From Alphaproteobacteria bacterium (lineage in GTDB: Bacteria; Pseudomonadota; Alphaproteobacteria; UBA828): a stretch of 64,000 nucleotides of DNA. A program made the translations under genes and the position numbers. Where the stretch lies: assembly GCA_965214705.1 (NCBI GenBank), contig OZ243972.1:1888001-1952000 (forward strand), given 5' to 3'. Shown piece by piece: positions 48,893 through 61,608 of this stretch; position 1 is the stretch's first letter, and each line of letters opens with the position of its first letter. The notes under the pieces are model-generated. The model saw nothing but the letters and a program-made list of their open reading frames with translations. It did no database searches and was not told the DNA's origin.

Positions 48893-51097
48893 CTATGCTC
48901 CCTTGGAGTGACGTCGGTGGCTGCTGGCGAACAACCCTCCACCCTTGTGCATGGTGCTGCCGATCGCGAGCGGCCCCGCTAGCGCCGTAGCGAACGTAAT
49001 CCTTAGTCGGCCCGATAGACCGCCCCGCGGGCCACATCGGACCGACAGAATCTCGACAGTATCCGGTTCCGGCCAGCCGATGCGGGTCAGTTCGGCCACG
49101 ACATCCGTCCTCAGCGCTTCTTTGGCCGTCGTTCGGCGACGATGCCGGGTTACGCGATAGTCGGATATGCTTTCCCAGATCTGCGAGGGCGCGAACAGGG
49201 GGTCGCCTTCCGCCTCCAGCGCTGCAGGTGCGAGCGTCAGACGACCGGCAGGGCCTGCGCGCAGCACGTTCATGCCTGCGAGGGCATGTTCGAGCCGGAC
49301 ATGGTCGCCGGCTATCTCCCGCCACCCCAAACCGCCGCGCTGTAGCAGGTTTGGCGCAACGAAGAGAAGGCGTCGGCGCGGCAGGTCGGGCATTACCGCG
49401 ACATGGCGGTGGGTGCCGCCGCGGGCGGGGTCGCCGTTGTCCTCGTGGCCGCTAACATAGCGCGGTACGGACTGACCGCCGGGCAGGGCGGCCTGCATCC
49501 GGGCCAGCATGGCGCGGCGCGCGGCGCGGGCGACATGGGCCGGGTCCGCGTCCCCGGCGAGACCTCCCTCGATCGCGAACGCCAGCACGCCCGGCATTGG
49601 ATCGACCGGACGCATGAGGCCGAGGCCGAGATAGCGACCGTCGCCCAGCAGCAATGGCCCGCCAAGCGGCGCGGCAAAGGTCAGCGAAGCATGCCACAGC
49701 GCCTCCTTGGGAAAGCGCGTGCCCGTGGCGAAGGCCTCGGCCCGTTCGCCGTGACTGTCGAACGGCTCGCGTTGTACATGTACCGAAGTCGACGACATGC
49801 GGATTTCCGCGTGGCGCAGGGCCTGGCGCACGGCGTGAACGGCGCGGACCTCCTCACGCGCCCGCTCAGCAGCATCCTTGGTCTCGTCCCTTGTACGCGC
49901 GGGATCAATGCGCCGCCGCCGTGCAGTCGAGAGTGCGAGCGGAGTCACGCTGCGCCAGCATCGGCCGCTGCACTCATAGCGATCCGCCATGGCGTCATCG
50001 TCCACGGGCTGCAACTCGTCGAGAATCACGCCGTCAGCATCGGTCCAGGCGACCTGCGCGAGGGCCCAGGCGACATCGTCCGCGCGCAGCGGGCAGGTTT
50101 GCGGCACATGGACTGCGAGGCGCCGGATTGTCATGTCGGCATGGGGATGGCCGATCGATGGTAGCGGCACGATCCGCACGCGCGCGGCCTTGTCCGCGTC
50201 CGTTGCGCCCCGGCCGGCCAGATAGCGTTCGATATCGTCCGCCCGCGCAGGTATCGTCTCGCACAACCGAGCTGCGGCCTGATCGCGCGCCGCGGCAACG
50301 AGCGCCGCCGCTTCGCTCAGCTGCCGCGGGGCGAAGCCGCTTCTGGCATCGGCCCCGCGCAGCGCAAAGACCAGTCTTTTGGGCGGAGCATCGTATGCGA
50401 CGCTCGCAAAGAGCGGCTTAGCTGGCTGGATAAAGACGCGAACCGGCTTGCGGTTACTGCCGCCTCGGCGAAAGCGGGTGCGCGTCCCCTCGAAGCGGGC
50501 TTCGAGGCTCCGGCCGGTTCCCGGTTGCGGACAGGGCAAATTGCGTCCCCACCCGCTGCCCGCCGACGGGCGGTAGACGATGCCGCCGTGTTGGGAGACT
50601 CGCTCCTGCGCCTCGTGCGCGTCGAGCACGACCGCTTCTGCCCACGCCATGTCGATGCCGCGGCCAAGCTGGTAAAGATATTCCGCTAGTTCGCACAGCG
50701 CCGTTGCTCGCACGTCGTCGCCGTCGAAAGACCAACAGTAGAGCACTGGCGCGGCATCATCGAAAAGGATGGGACGGACGGTCTTGCCTACGCGGACGGT
50801 TGCCACCGCGTCCTCAATGTCGGAGGCGTTCTTCCGGGAAAGCGCGGCGTCGAGATCGTTGTTAGGCACGAATCTGGTGTAGCCTTGGCCCGGCACGCCG
50901 CGCGGGGCTGCGACCGCCGGAGGCGACAGTCGCTCCAGCCAGTCCAGCGCATCCCGCGCCGCGTCCGGCACCTTGGCACCCTCAGCCGCACCAGCCATCA
51001 ATGCCTGATACAGCCGCGCCGGCGCGGGTGGCCAGCCGTCGGCGCCGTGATAGCGGCCTTCATGAAACCTCACTGCGACGAGCAGTGCGCGTTCCAT
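48893..51097 (-). CDS. csb2: Type I-G (I-U) Csb2, Cas5/Cas6 fusion, extended
   Basis: RFHEGRYHG..WPPAPARLYQAL, FVPNND, LGRG; two G-rich loops (LGDGRYLGLGL; IGSTMHKGGGLF). Confidence 0.88.
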   Translation of the reverse strand: MERALLVAVRFHEGRYHGADGWPPAPARLYQALMAGAAEGAKVPDAARDALDWLERLSPPAVAAPRGVPGQGYTRFVPNNDLDAALSRKNASDIEDAVATVRVGKTVRPILFDDAAPVLYCWSFDGDDVRATALCELAEYLYQLGRGIDMAWAEAVVLDAHEAQERVSQHGGIVYRPSAGSGWGRNLPCPQPGTGRSLEARFEGTRTRFRRGGSNRKPVRVFIQPAKPLFASVAYDAPPKRLVFALRGADARSGFAPRQLSEAAALVAAARDQAAARLCETIPARADDIERYLAGRGATDADKAARVRIVPLPSIGHPHADMTIRRLAVHVPQTCPLRADDVAWALAQVAWTDADGVILDELQPVDDDAMADRYECSGRCWRSVTPLALSTARRRRIDPARTRDETKDAAERAREEVRAVHAVRQALRHAEIRMSSTSVHVQREPFDSHGERAEAFATGTRFPKEALWHASLTFAAPLGGPLLLGDGRYLGLGLMRPVDPMPGVLAFAIEGGLAGDADPAHVARAARRAMLARMQAALPGGQSVPRYVSGHEDNGDPARGGTHRHVAVMPDLPRRRLLFVAPNLLQRGGLGWREIAGDHVRLEHALAGMNVLRAGPAGRLTLAPAALEAEGDPLFAPSQIWESISDYRVTRHRRRTTAKEALRTDVVAELTRIGWPEPDTVEILSVRCGPRGGLSGRLRITFATALAGPLAIGSTMHKGGGLFASSHRRHSKGA

Positions 51098-51100
51098 GGT

Positions 51101-53012
<1,912 letters not shown>

Positions 53013-53013
<1 letters not shown>

Positions 53014-55799
53014 CACGAGGCTGCCTCATCGAGTCGCCGCGATGCGGCTTGGTCTGCGGCGCGCAGCAGTGCCTCCCACCAAGCGAGGCCCCAGGGTCCC
53101 CACTCGCGCTGCAGGCGCGCAAAGCGCATGGCGATCGCGTGGGCGCCAGATTCCGCCTCGCTTGGCGGCAGCTCGTCGTACCCGTCGACGCTGATCGCAG
53201 GCCTGGCATGACCGTGATGCGCGGCGATCAGGTGCAGCGCGAGATCGAAGCGCGCATCGGCGCGACCGACCGCGTCGAGACCGTTCTTCTCCGCATCGAG
53301 CACCGATTTGAGCTCGTGCCTGAAGCCGTTCAGAACATGCTGGTTCGGAGCTTTCGTCGTCTTGGCGTAGGGACCGCCTTCCCGCATTGCTCCGAAGGCC
53401 CGCTGCCAGCGCGGAGCCGCCTTGCCGTCGTCGTGATGGCAGGCGGCGGAAATCAACATGGCTTTGTCGGTCGATCCAAGGCCGAGCGCGTCGGCGATGC
53501 GTGCCGCTTCCTCGCCCGCCCACTGTCGATGCTCGTCGAGGCGCTGCGCCTTGCAGGCCACCGCCCTGGCGTCCTCGCTCTCGCCCGCGGCGCGCCGCTT
53601 GCTCACGATCAGCCAGGAGACGGTGTCACCCTCCGGCGTTTCGCCATAGGGTGCCGCCAACACCGATTGCCAGCCATCGGAGGCCTGCTCGCTGTCCGAA
53701 CATGCATCGACCCTGAGGGTCCAAGCGTGCAGGTCCGGGTCATCGTCCGGCTCGCCCCAATTGTCCTCGATCGTGGGAACCTGTCCGTCGGCATCGCCGT
53801 CCAGCAGACCTTCCGTCAGTCCGCCGTAGCGCGCATCCACCACGAGCCGCCTGCCGACGAGGGTTGCGTACAAGTCCTGAGTATTCCGTTCGCCGATATC
53901 AGCAAGACTCAGGGATTCCACCGGTCGGTTGGCGCCGTCAAGCAAGAAGGCGACGGGGCCATTCCCGGTTGGCGGTGCCAGCAGATTATGGCTTTCAATA
54001 ATCCCGTCACCGACCTCTTCGGAGATGGTCGCGGTGCGGGTTACCTTCCCATGATTCGTCAAGTGCTTGCGTGCCCGTTTCCTGAGCCACTCCACCACGC
54101 GCGAAGTTTCCGTCTCCAGCAGCTCGGCCGTTTGCGGCGGCGCCGCCGCAAAGAATACGTCGGCATCCCGCGCCGGCACAGCCTCCAGGTCATCGCTGTT
54201 CGCCCGGAAGTACAGCGGCAGGTAGCGACGCCAGGCGACAGCGGTTTGCGGCTCGTCGTCCTCCATCCACCCGCGCAGCCACGGCGCGATCTCAGGCCGG
54301 CTGGCGCGATCCTCCAGCGACGTCATCGCCCAGGCATCGACCAGCGGGCGGGTAAGCGGGGGATAGAGCGGCATTCGCGTCGTGGCGTCAATTATCCGCG
54401 CGCTGTGGGCAGGGTCGGCGGCGAGCTTTAGCAGGGTGCCGGGGCCAGCCTGTCGTGCGCCGGTCTCGTCCTTCGGCAACGCTTCGAGGAGGGTACGCAC
54501 GGCCTCATGGCGGGCGACAGCATGAGTGCCTGCCTTCTTCGCCGCGGGTGGGCCCTGATCGACCACCATTACTCTGGCTACGCCCAGACCGCGCCGGTTC
54601 ACCCGGCCGAGCCGCTGCACCATGCGTTCCCACGAGACCAGATCGCAGACCATATGATCGGCATCGAGGTCGATTCCGACCTCGCCGGCTGAGGTCGCGA
54701 CGAAGAACACAGGCTCGCTGCGCGTTGCTTTCGTGTCGCCGACAAGACCGAACTCTTGCAACTCCTCGGCGGCCTTCATTCGTTCGCGCACCCGCCGGCC
54801 GCCGACGAAGAGAATTACATGGGGCCGGAGATTCTCCTTGTCGACCCTCTTGCGGAGATTGCCCGCCACCTTCTCGGCGTCCTTGCGGCTGTAACTGTAG
54901 ACCGCCACCGCTGGCGGAGTCGCGGCGGCTGCGGACTCGGCCTGCATCAGGTCCCAGGCCCGCTCGGCAAGCGCCTGGTCGAGCCTCGAACCCGACGCGA
55001 GATCTTCGACCGTCAGGCTCTTGCGCGCCTCCAGCCGCTTGCGGACGGTGTCGTCGGCCCGGTCGCCATCGTTCAGACAGAACGGATTCCCAGCGGTATC
55101 GAGGCCCAAAGTGGCCGACAGGGGCAGCATGCGGAACGGCGGGGGAAGCCTATCGTGTGCCTCCAGGCCGGCAAACGCGCTCGCGTCCGCCGCATTCGTG
55201 GTCCGCGGCCGCTGCCCCTCTTCGATCGCCTGGAGGAGGCGCTCGAACGGACGGGCGAGATGCGCCTCGTCCAGCATCAGCAACGTATCGCATCCCAGCA
55301 GCCCCGCCGCGTAGGGTCGCATCCGGCGGGACAGCCCATAGCCTTCGAACAGCAGCCGCGAGCCCACCATGTCCACGGTGCCGACGATAATCGCCGGTGC
55401 CGCCGGATCAGCCATCCACTCCCGGTTGTCGGCATGCCGGCCGCGCAGGGTCGAAATCGGCAGCGGGCTGTCGCCGAGACCGAGGGCACGCCGCACCGGC
55501 CCGAGTTCCTCGTTTTCCTCCAGTCTTTCCTGCAATTTCTCGGCGAATCCCGTCGCCTGGTCGACCACGGCACGCCGGTCGACGACATAGGCCAGCCGCC
55601 TGGGCAATGGCGCGCCCGCCGCACGTGCCAGCAGCCAGATTGCCATGACGGCGGTTTTTCCCAAGCCTGTAGGGATATCCACCGCTGGGGGTAGTGCGCC
55701 GCACGCAAAATGGTCGTCGTACAGTCGCTGCTGCCACGGAAACGCGCGATATCCGGTTAGAGCCTCGAACGCGTCCTCAAACTGAACGTGCAGCGTCAC
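53013..55799 (-). CDS. cas3: Type I-G Cas3 helicase with C-terminal HD nuclease
   Basis: FPWQ, PTGLGKT, YVVDRR, GTVDMVGSRLLF.GYG, DEAH, SAT, QRLGRVNR; HD part LDEH, HDDGK, RHE, HHG, LRAAD. Confidence 0.95.
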
Positions 55800-56244
55800 C
55801 GCTCAAACTCCGGCATGGGGCATGGCATGGGCCGTAGACCTTGGTGCTGACTGCTGACTTGGGGCAGTGACCGATTCCGTGTTTGAATCTGCCTCTTCAA
55901 ATGGTCGTTCATTTCAAAGCGAGGGGGAAGTTTTCGCGTCTTCAATCTCGATGGAAGTCCGTTGGGCTTCCAGACGAAGAATCGCTCGGGTGATCGGAAC
56001 GTTCATTCTGGAGTATCGTTCTTGTCAGCTTGTCGCATCCTGCAAAGGTCATACAGCGTTTCAGTGCCCGGCAACAGCCAGCAGAGAACCGACAACTGGA
56101 TTGCCGTCACGTCCCTTGCTGAAGCGTTGAAGCCGAGAGGCTCGAGTGAACTGAGCGACACTGCACCGTACTGTCTTCGGCCCGGCCGCTTTGTGTGCTG
56201 CGATGCCAAGGCATCGTGAATGGACCGGAACCGGACGTTTCCCA

Positions 56245-57981
56245 ATGGCTCTGCAACAACTCGAACTCCATCTTCCCGCACCGTCGGCGACTGGCGAGCA
56301 TCCGCTGGTCCCGGCAAGGATGGTGAACGAATTCGTCTATTGCCCGCGCCTCGCCTATCTCATGTGGGGCCAGGCCGAATGGGCGGAGACCGGCGACACG
56401 GTGGACGGGCGTCGGGTGCATACTCGGGTCGACCGACCCAACAAACCGTTGCCCGATCCCGAAGCTCTGGAAACCGACGATGACAGGGTTGTCAGCCGCT
56501 CCCTGACGCTTTCGTCTGAGAAGCTCGGTGTTATCGCGAAAATCGACATCGCCGAGGCCGAGGACGGCGCGGTTACGCCGGTCGACTACAAACGCGGCAA
56601 GCGGCCCCATGTGGCGAAGGGTGCCTACGAGCCGGAGCGTGTCCAGGTCTGCCTTCAGGCGCTGCTGCTTGAAGAGCACGGCTACAAGGTCGAGGAAGGC
56701 GCCATCTGGTACGCCGAAAGCCGCGAGCGCGTCCGAATTGCCATAGACGATGAGCTCCGCCTCGCCGCGCGGGAGGCGGTGAGCCGGTTGCGCCTGACGG
56801 TCGCCCACGGCCGCATTCCGCCGCCCTTAAGCGACAGCCCGAAATGCCCGCGCTGCGCGCTCGTGTCCATCTGCCTGCCGGACGAGATGCGCGCGCTCGG
56901 GGGCTCCGACCTGGCGCCCCGCCCCATCGCCATCGGGGCGGACGAAGCCCTGCCATTGATCGTCCAGTCGCAGAGGGCGCGGGTCTCGAAGGAAGGCGAA
57001 ACCCTCAAGATCGCCGACGAGGAACAGGGCGATACCACCGTGCGGCTGAACGACGTGTCCGACGTGGCACTGTTCGGGAACGTTTCGATCACAACGCCCG
57101 CGCTCGCCGCGCTCATGGACCGCGAAATCCCGGTCGCCTTCCACAGCCATGGCGGCTGGTTTCGCGGCATCGCCCACGGAATCGGCCATCGCAATGTGGA
57201 AGTCAGAACGGCGCAGTATCAGCGCAGCTTCGACCCGACCTATTGTCTGGCCTTCGCCCGCGATCTGGTCGCCGCCAAGATCGTGAACCAGCGGACCATT
57301 GTGCGCCGAAACTGGCGCGGCGATCGCGACCCGCGCAAGGCCGTGCTGGACCGGCTCAACGCCGCCCGGAGATCGACGAAGCGCGCAACTGCGGTGAGCG
57401 CATTGCTCGGACTGGAAGGGGACGCGGCAGCGACATACTTCCGTGCGTTTTCCGATCTGCTGGCGCCGCCGGGCGCCAAGGAATCGGCGGAAGCCGGGAA
57501 TGCCTTGGCGCCATTCCGTTTCGACGCCCGCAACCGGCGTCCTCCGACCGATCCCGTAAATGCCATGCTGTCGCTCGCATACGCCATGCTGACGCGCCAC
57601 CTGACCGTCGCGCTCGCCACAGTCGGCCTCGATCCGTATCGGGGCTTTTTCCATGCGCCGCGATACGGAAAGCCCGCGCTTGCCCTCGACGTGATGGAGC
57701 CGTTTCGGCCGATCATCGCGGATTCGGTGGTTCTGTCGGCGGTCAACACCGGCGAGGTCTCGCCGGGGGACTTCGTGAGCGCTCCGACCGGCACGTCTCT
57801 GACACCAGCAGGGCGCCGCCGTTTCGTCGGCGCGTTCGAGCGACGGCTCTCTCAGGAAACCACACATCCGCTGTTCGGCTACCGGCTCAGCATGCGACGG
57901 CTTCTGCTGCTCCAGGCACGCCTGCTGTGCCGCCACCTGCTGGGCGACCTGCCCGATTATCCGCACTACCTTCCCCGATGA
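56245..57981 (+). CDS. cas1: Cas4-Cas1 fusion
   Basis: Cas4 EFVYCPR, PVDYKRG, SPKCPRCALVSICLP; Cas1 LGLEG.AA..YF, RNRRPP.DPVNAMLS, GFFH, LALDVMEPFRP. Confidence 0.95.
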   Translation: MALQQLELHLPAPSATGEHPLVPARMVNEFVYCPRLAYLMWGQAEWAETGDTVDGRRVHTRVDRPNKPLPDPEALETDDDRVVSRSLTLSSEKLGVIAKIDIAEAEDGAVTPVDYKRGKRPHVAKGAYEPERVQVCLQALLLEEHGYKVEEGAIWYAESRERVRIAIDDELRLAAREAVSRLRLTVAHGRIPPPLSDSPKCPRCALVSICLPDEMRALGGSDLAPRPIAIGADEALPLIVQSQRARVSKEGETLKIADEEQGDTTVRLNDVSDVALFGNVSITTPALAALMDREIPVAFHSHGGWFRGIAHGIGHRNVEVRTAQYQRSFDPTYCLAFARDLVAAKIVNQRTIVRRNWRGDRDPRKAVLDRLNAARRSTKRATAVSALLGLEGDAAATYFRAFSDLLAPPGAKESAEAGNALAPFRFDARNRRPPTDPVNAMLSLAYAMLTRHLTVALATVGLDPYRGFFHAPRYGKPALALDVMEPFRPIIADSVVLSAVNTGEVSPGDFVSAPTGTSLTPAGRRRFVGAFERRLSQETTHPLFGYRLSMRRLLLLQARLLCRHLLGDLPDYPHYLPR

Positions 57982-57993
57982 CAGGTGGTCACC

Positions 57994-58287
57994 ATGAGCG
58001 ATGAGCGCACCTACATCGTCACCTACGACATTTCCGACACGCGACGCTGGCGGCGCGTTTTCAAGACCATGCACGGCTTTGGAGAATGGCTCCAGCTATC
58101 GGTGTTTCAGTGCCGCCTGTCCCGTCGGCGCCGCGCCGAACTTGAAACGAAGCTGCGCGAACTCATCAAGGCGGGCGAGGACCACGTTCTGGTGATCGAT
58201 ATCGGCCCAGCGGACAAGACCGATATTGCCGTCATGAGCATTGGCAAGACCTTTTCAGCGATCGAGCGTCAGGCGGTTGTTGTATGA
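57994..58287 (+). CDS. cas2: Cas2
   Basis: YIVTYDISD.RRW...GEWLQLSVFQC. Confidence 0.95.
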   Translation: MSDERTYIVTYDISDTRRWRRVFKTMHGFGEWLQLSVFQCRLSRRRRAELETKLRELIKAGEDHVLVIDIGPADKTDIAVMSIGKTFSAIERQAVVV

Positions 58288-58551
58288 TGGTGTACCCGTC
58301 TCAAGGGATTGCGATTCCGATGCCTGACACCGAAATCAGCCGTTCGAGTTCTGCCAAATCGGTTCGAGTGGTGAGGCAACGCAGAATTATCGGGAATCGC
58401 TCGATACTGTGTAACATATTGATTCCTAGGAGATTCGGGGCGTTCGCCAGGACACGCGAGGTACCGAAAGGGTGCCTGCGACAAGGAAATTCCCGAACCG
58501 CTCGAAATCGACCGGATTTTGTCTCGGCCGCCAACAGGTTGTATGGTGCCT
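58288..58551 (+). promoter_or_regulatory. CRISPR leader
   Basis: Lower-GC non-coding segment between cas2 and repeat 1. Confidence 0.7.
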
Positions 58552-59849
58552 GCATCCGGGGCGCGCGCGCCCCGGCCTCATTGAAGCCGCAGGGTACGAC
58601 TCAAGACCAGCAGCATTGGGCAGGCATCCGGGGCGCGCGCGCCCCGGCCTCATTGAAGCCTCATGAATATCCATCAGATGGAAATGGATCGGGAGAGGGC
58701 ATCCGGGGCGCGCGCGCCCCGGCCTCATTGAAGCAAAATCCGCACCGGCGCGTCATGGAACATCGTCATGATAGCATCCGGGGCGCGCGCGCCCCGGCCT
58801 CATTGAAGCGGCTCACTGGGAGGTACTGACTACAGCAATCGTGCGGCATCCGGGGCGCGCGCGCCCCGGCCTCATTGAAGCCTGGTGAATCGGATCCGGC
58901 GACTCCTCGGGGAGACGGAGCATCCGGGGCGCGCGCGCCCCGGCCTCATTGAAGCTAGTAGACGCCGAGCTGCTGCGCCAGCTCCGACTGGCATCCGGGG
59001 CGCGCGCGCCCCGGCCTCATTGAAGCTTGCAGAACGGCAGCGTCTACAACCGGATCAACGTCGCATCCGGGGCGCGCGCGCCCCGGCCTCATTGAAGCCG
59101 GGGAGGAGGACCAGGCATCATCCGTATTTAGAGGCGCATCCGGGGCGCGCGCGCCCCGGCCTCATTGAAGCAGCCAATTCGCCGAAACCGCCTGCCTCGA
59201 TCTGACGTGGCATCCGGGGCGCGCGCGCCCCGGCCTCATTGAAGCGTTATCGAGGTGCCGATGGATAGCAGCGCCGAGGCAAGGCATCCGGGGCGCGCGC
59301 GCCCCGGCCTCATTGAAGCCTGGCCATCTCGGCGTAGGCGATCGGGCCATCAATCAGCATCCGGGGCGCGCGCGCCCCGGCCTCATTGAAGCTACGCCGC
59401 GTCGGGCGCCGACGGCCGGCCCGACGCGACCGGGCATCCGGGGCGCGCGCGCCCCGGCCTCATTGAAGCCGAGTAATATCAAGGCTTGATTGTTTGAGGG
59501 GACGGGTGCATCCGGGGCGCGCGCGCCCCGGCCTCATTGAAGCCGTACTGGAGCTGCCTGGACGAAATGTTGAGCTAAACGCATCCGGGGCGCGCGCGCC
59601 CCGGCCTCATTGAAGCATAGGCGACGGGCGATATCTCGTTGACAAGCTCCATGCATCCGGGGCGCGCGCGCCCCGGCCTCATTGAAGCACGGACGCCGAC
59701 GAGACCAAGCTCGATGGGATAGAAGGCATCCGGGGCGCGCGCGCCCCGGCCTCATTGAAGCAGTTCGGTGAACATGTGGGAGACACGTTCCGGGTTGCAT
59801 CCGGGGCGCGCGCGCCCCGGCCTCATTGAAGCTGCACGTAAGATATTGC

Positions 59850-61530
59850 GTAACTGCCCAGGTCGTCTGATTTGTCATTTTGGGCCAGTGAGTTGAGGCG
59901 TGTCTCGGTCGGAATTGGCGTAAAGGGGTTGACGGGAATTTCGGGAAATGACTCAACAGCGGCATGAGCAATCCCGAGTCGCCGCGCGGCCCTTCGACGG
60001 GGGCAGCGCCCGAAACGCCCGCACAGAAGATCGCCCATCTGGAAGAGGAGAACACCCGGCTTCGAGAGGAAAACGCTTGGCTTCGGCAGCAGAACGCGCG
60101 GCTGGAAGAGCAAGTCGCGCGTCTCGTCGAGCGCATCGAGGAGTTGGAGCGCCGTCTTGGCCTCGACAGCGGCAACAGTGGCAAGCCGCCTTCGAGCGAT
60201 GGGCTGAAGAAGCCGAGGTCGAAGCGGCGAACCCGAAGCCTGCGCGGCAAATCGGGCCGCAAGCCCGGCGGGCAGCCCGGCCATGAGGGCAAGACGCTGC
60301 GCCACCGCGATCACCCGGATCGGGTGAAGGACCACATGCCGGCTTCCTGCAAGGGATGCGGCTCGTCGCTTTTGGACGCGGCCAAGGCGGGAACGCCGGT
60401 CGCCCGCCAGGTCTTCGATCTGCCCGAGCCGAGCCCACTGGAGGTGACCGAGCACCGGGCGCATGCCAAGTGCTGCGGGCATTGCGGGACGGTGACGCGG
60501 GCGGCGTTCCCCGACGGGGTGTCGGCACCGGTGCAGTACGGCCCTCGCATTGCAGGCGTGGCGGTCTACCTTCAGCACGCCCACTTCCTGCCGGAGGATC
60601 GGCTGTCGCAGGTGATGGCCGAGCTGTTCGGCGCGCCGGTGACGGCTGCGACGCTGGCGACGATGAGCGAGAGGGCGGCAGAGCGGCTGCGGGACGTGGC
60701 CTCGCACATACAGGATCTGGCGGCGGGCACGGCGCGGGTGAAGCACATGGACGAGACCGGGTTCCGGATCGGCGGGCAGACGCAGTGGCTTCATGTGATC
60801 TGCACGCCGCATCTGGCGGCGTACCGGGTCAGCGGCAGGCGCGGCGCCTTGCTCTCGGGTGTTTCCGGCATCGTCGTTCACGATCACTGGAAGCCGTACT
60901 TTACGATGGAGGGTGTGGAGCACAGCCTGTGCAACGCCCATCACCTGCGGGAGTTGCAGGCTCTGGTGGACATCGAAGGGGAGGCCTGGGCTCGCCACAT
61001 GCAGCAGCTTCTGCGCCGGGCCAATCGCGCCGCCCGGATCGCACAGGACAAGGATATCGCCGTTCCGGCGAGGCTTGCGGCGCTGATCGAGCGCCGATAC
61101 GACGAGATCATTGCCGAGGCGTTGGCCTTCCACGAGAGCCAACCGCCGTTCTCGCCTGGCAAGAGGAAGAAACGCCGGAAACGACGGATCGGTCACAATC
61201 TGGCCTTGAGGCTGCGCGACCACAAGTGCGCGGTGCTCCGGTTCCTGACCGACCTCGAGGTCGGGTTCACAAACAACGAGGCCGAGCGCGACCTTCGGAT
61301 GATGAAGCTGCGCCAGAAGATCTCAGGCGGCTTCCGATCCGAGAAGGGGGCCGAGAACTTCGCCATCCTGCGCAGCGTCATCACCACCGCCAGAAAGCAG
61401 GGCTGGAACATCATCGAAGCCCTGATGAGCCCATCGGACCAACTCATCGCCACCGTCAAGTGCGCGTGAGCCGACGCGGCGAGAACTCCCCAACAGCGGA
61501 ATCATCCCCAGAAACAACCTGGGCAGTTAC
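59850..61530 (+). mobile_element. IS66 family element (single ORF, ISBst12-like) inside spacer 18
   Basis: Inverted repeats GTAACTGCCCAGGT / ACCTGGGCAGTTAC; 8-bp duplication GATATTGC (59842-59849, 61531-61538). Confidence 0.95.
59964..61469 (+). CDS. IS66 family transposase
   Basis: NSGKPPSSDG, KPGGQPGHEG, RQVFDLP, HMDETGFR, VHDHW, LCNAHHLREL, FTNNEAERDLR.MK..QKISGGFRS. Confidence 0.93.
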   Translation: MSNPESPRGPSTGAAPETPAQKIAHLEEENTRLREENAWLRQQNARLEEQVARLVERIEELERRLGLDSGNSGKPPSSDGLKKPRSKRRTRSLRGKSGRKPGGQPGHEGKTLRHRDHPDRVKDHMPASCKGCGSSLLDAAKAGTPVARQVFDLPEPSPLEVTEHRAHAKCCGHCGTVTRAAFPDGVSAPVQYGPRIAGVAVYLQHAHFLPEDRLSQVMAELFGAPVTAATLATMSERAAERLRDVASHIQDLAAGTARVKHMDETGFRIGGQTQWLHVICTPHLAAYRVSGRRGALLSGVSGIVVHDHWKPYFTMEGVEHSLCNAHHLRELQALVDIEGEAWARHMQQLLRRANRAARIAQDKDIAVPARLAALIERRYDEIIAEALAFHESQPPFSPGKRKKRRKRRIGHNLALRLRDHKCAVLRFLTDLEVGFTNNEAERDLRMMKLRQKISGGFRSEKGAENFAILRSVITTARKQGWNIIEALMSPSDQLIATVKCA

Positions 61531-61608
61531 GATATTGCGGCCTCAAAGGTCTGCGGCCCGGGCATCCGGGGCGCGCGCGCCCCGGCCTCATTGAAGGGGA
61601 ATTATATA

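Larger units (their letters stand above)
58552..61597 (+). CRISPR. CRISPR array, 19 repeats / 18 spacers (35-41 bp); repeat GCATCCGGGGCGCGCGCGCCCCGGCCTCATTGAAGC
   Basis: 18 identical 36-bp repeats from 58552 to 59832; 19th at 61562 with last base C>G; spacer 18 interrupted by IS66. Confidence 0.98.

Noticed and set aside
56118-56135. CTGAAGCGTTGAAGC as a second degenerate CRISPR repeat
   Set aside because: Only the last 7 nt match and no repeat-like stem precedes it
58284-59353. ORFs crossing the leader and CRISPR array
   Set aside because: Translations of repeats and spacers (GIRGARAPASLK periodicity)
58588-59849. Self-targeting spacers within the window
   Set aside because: No match noticed by eye; an exhaustive alignment was not possible
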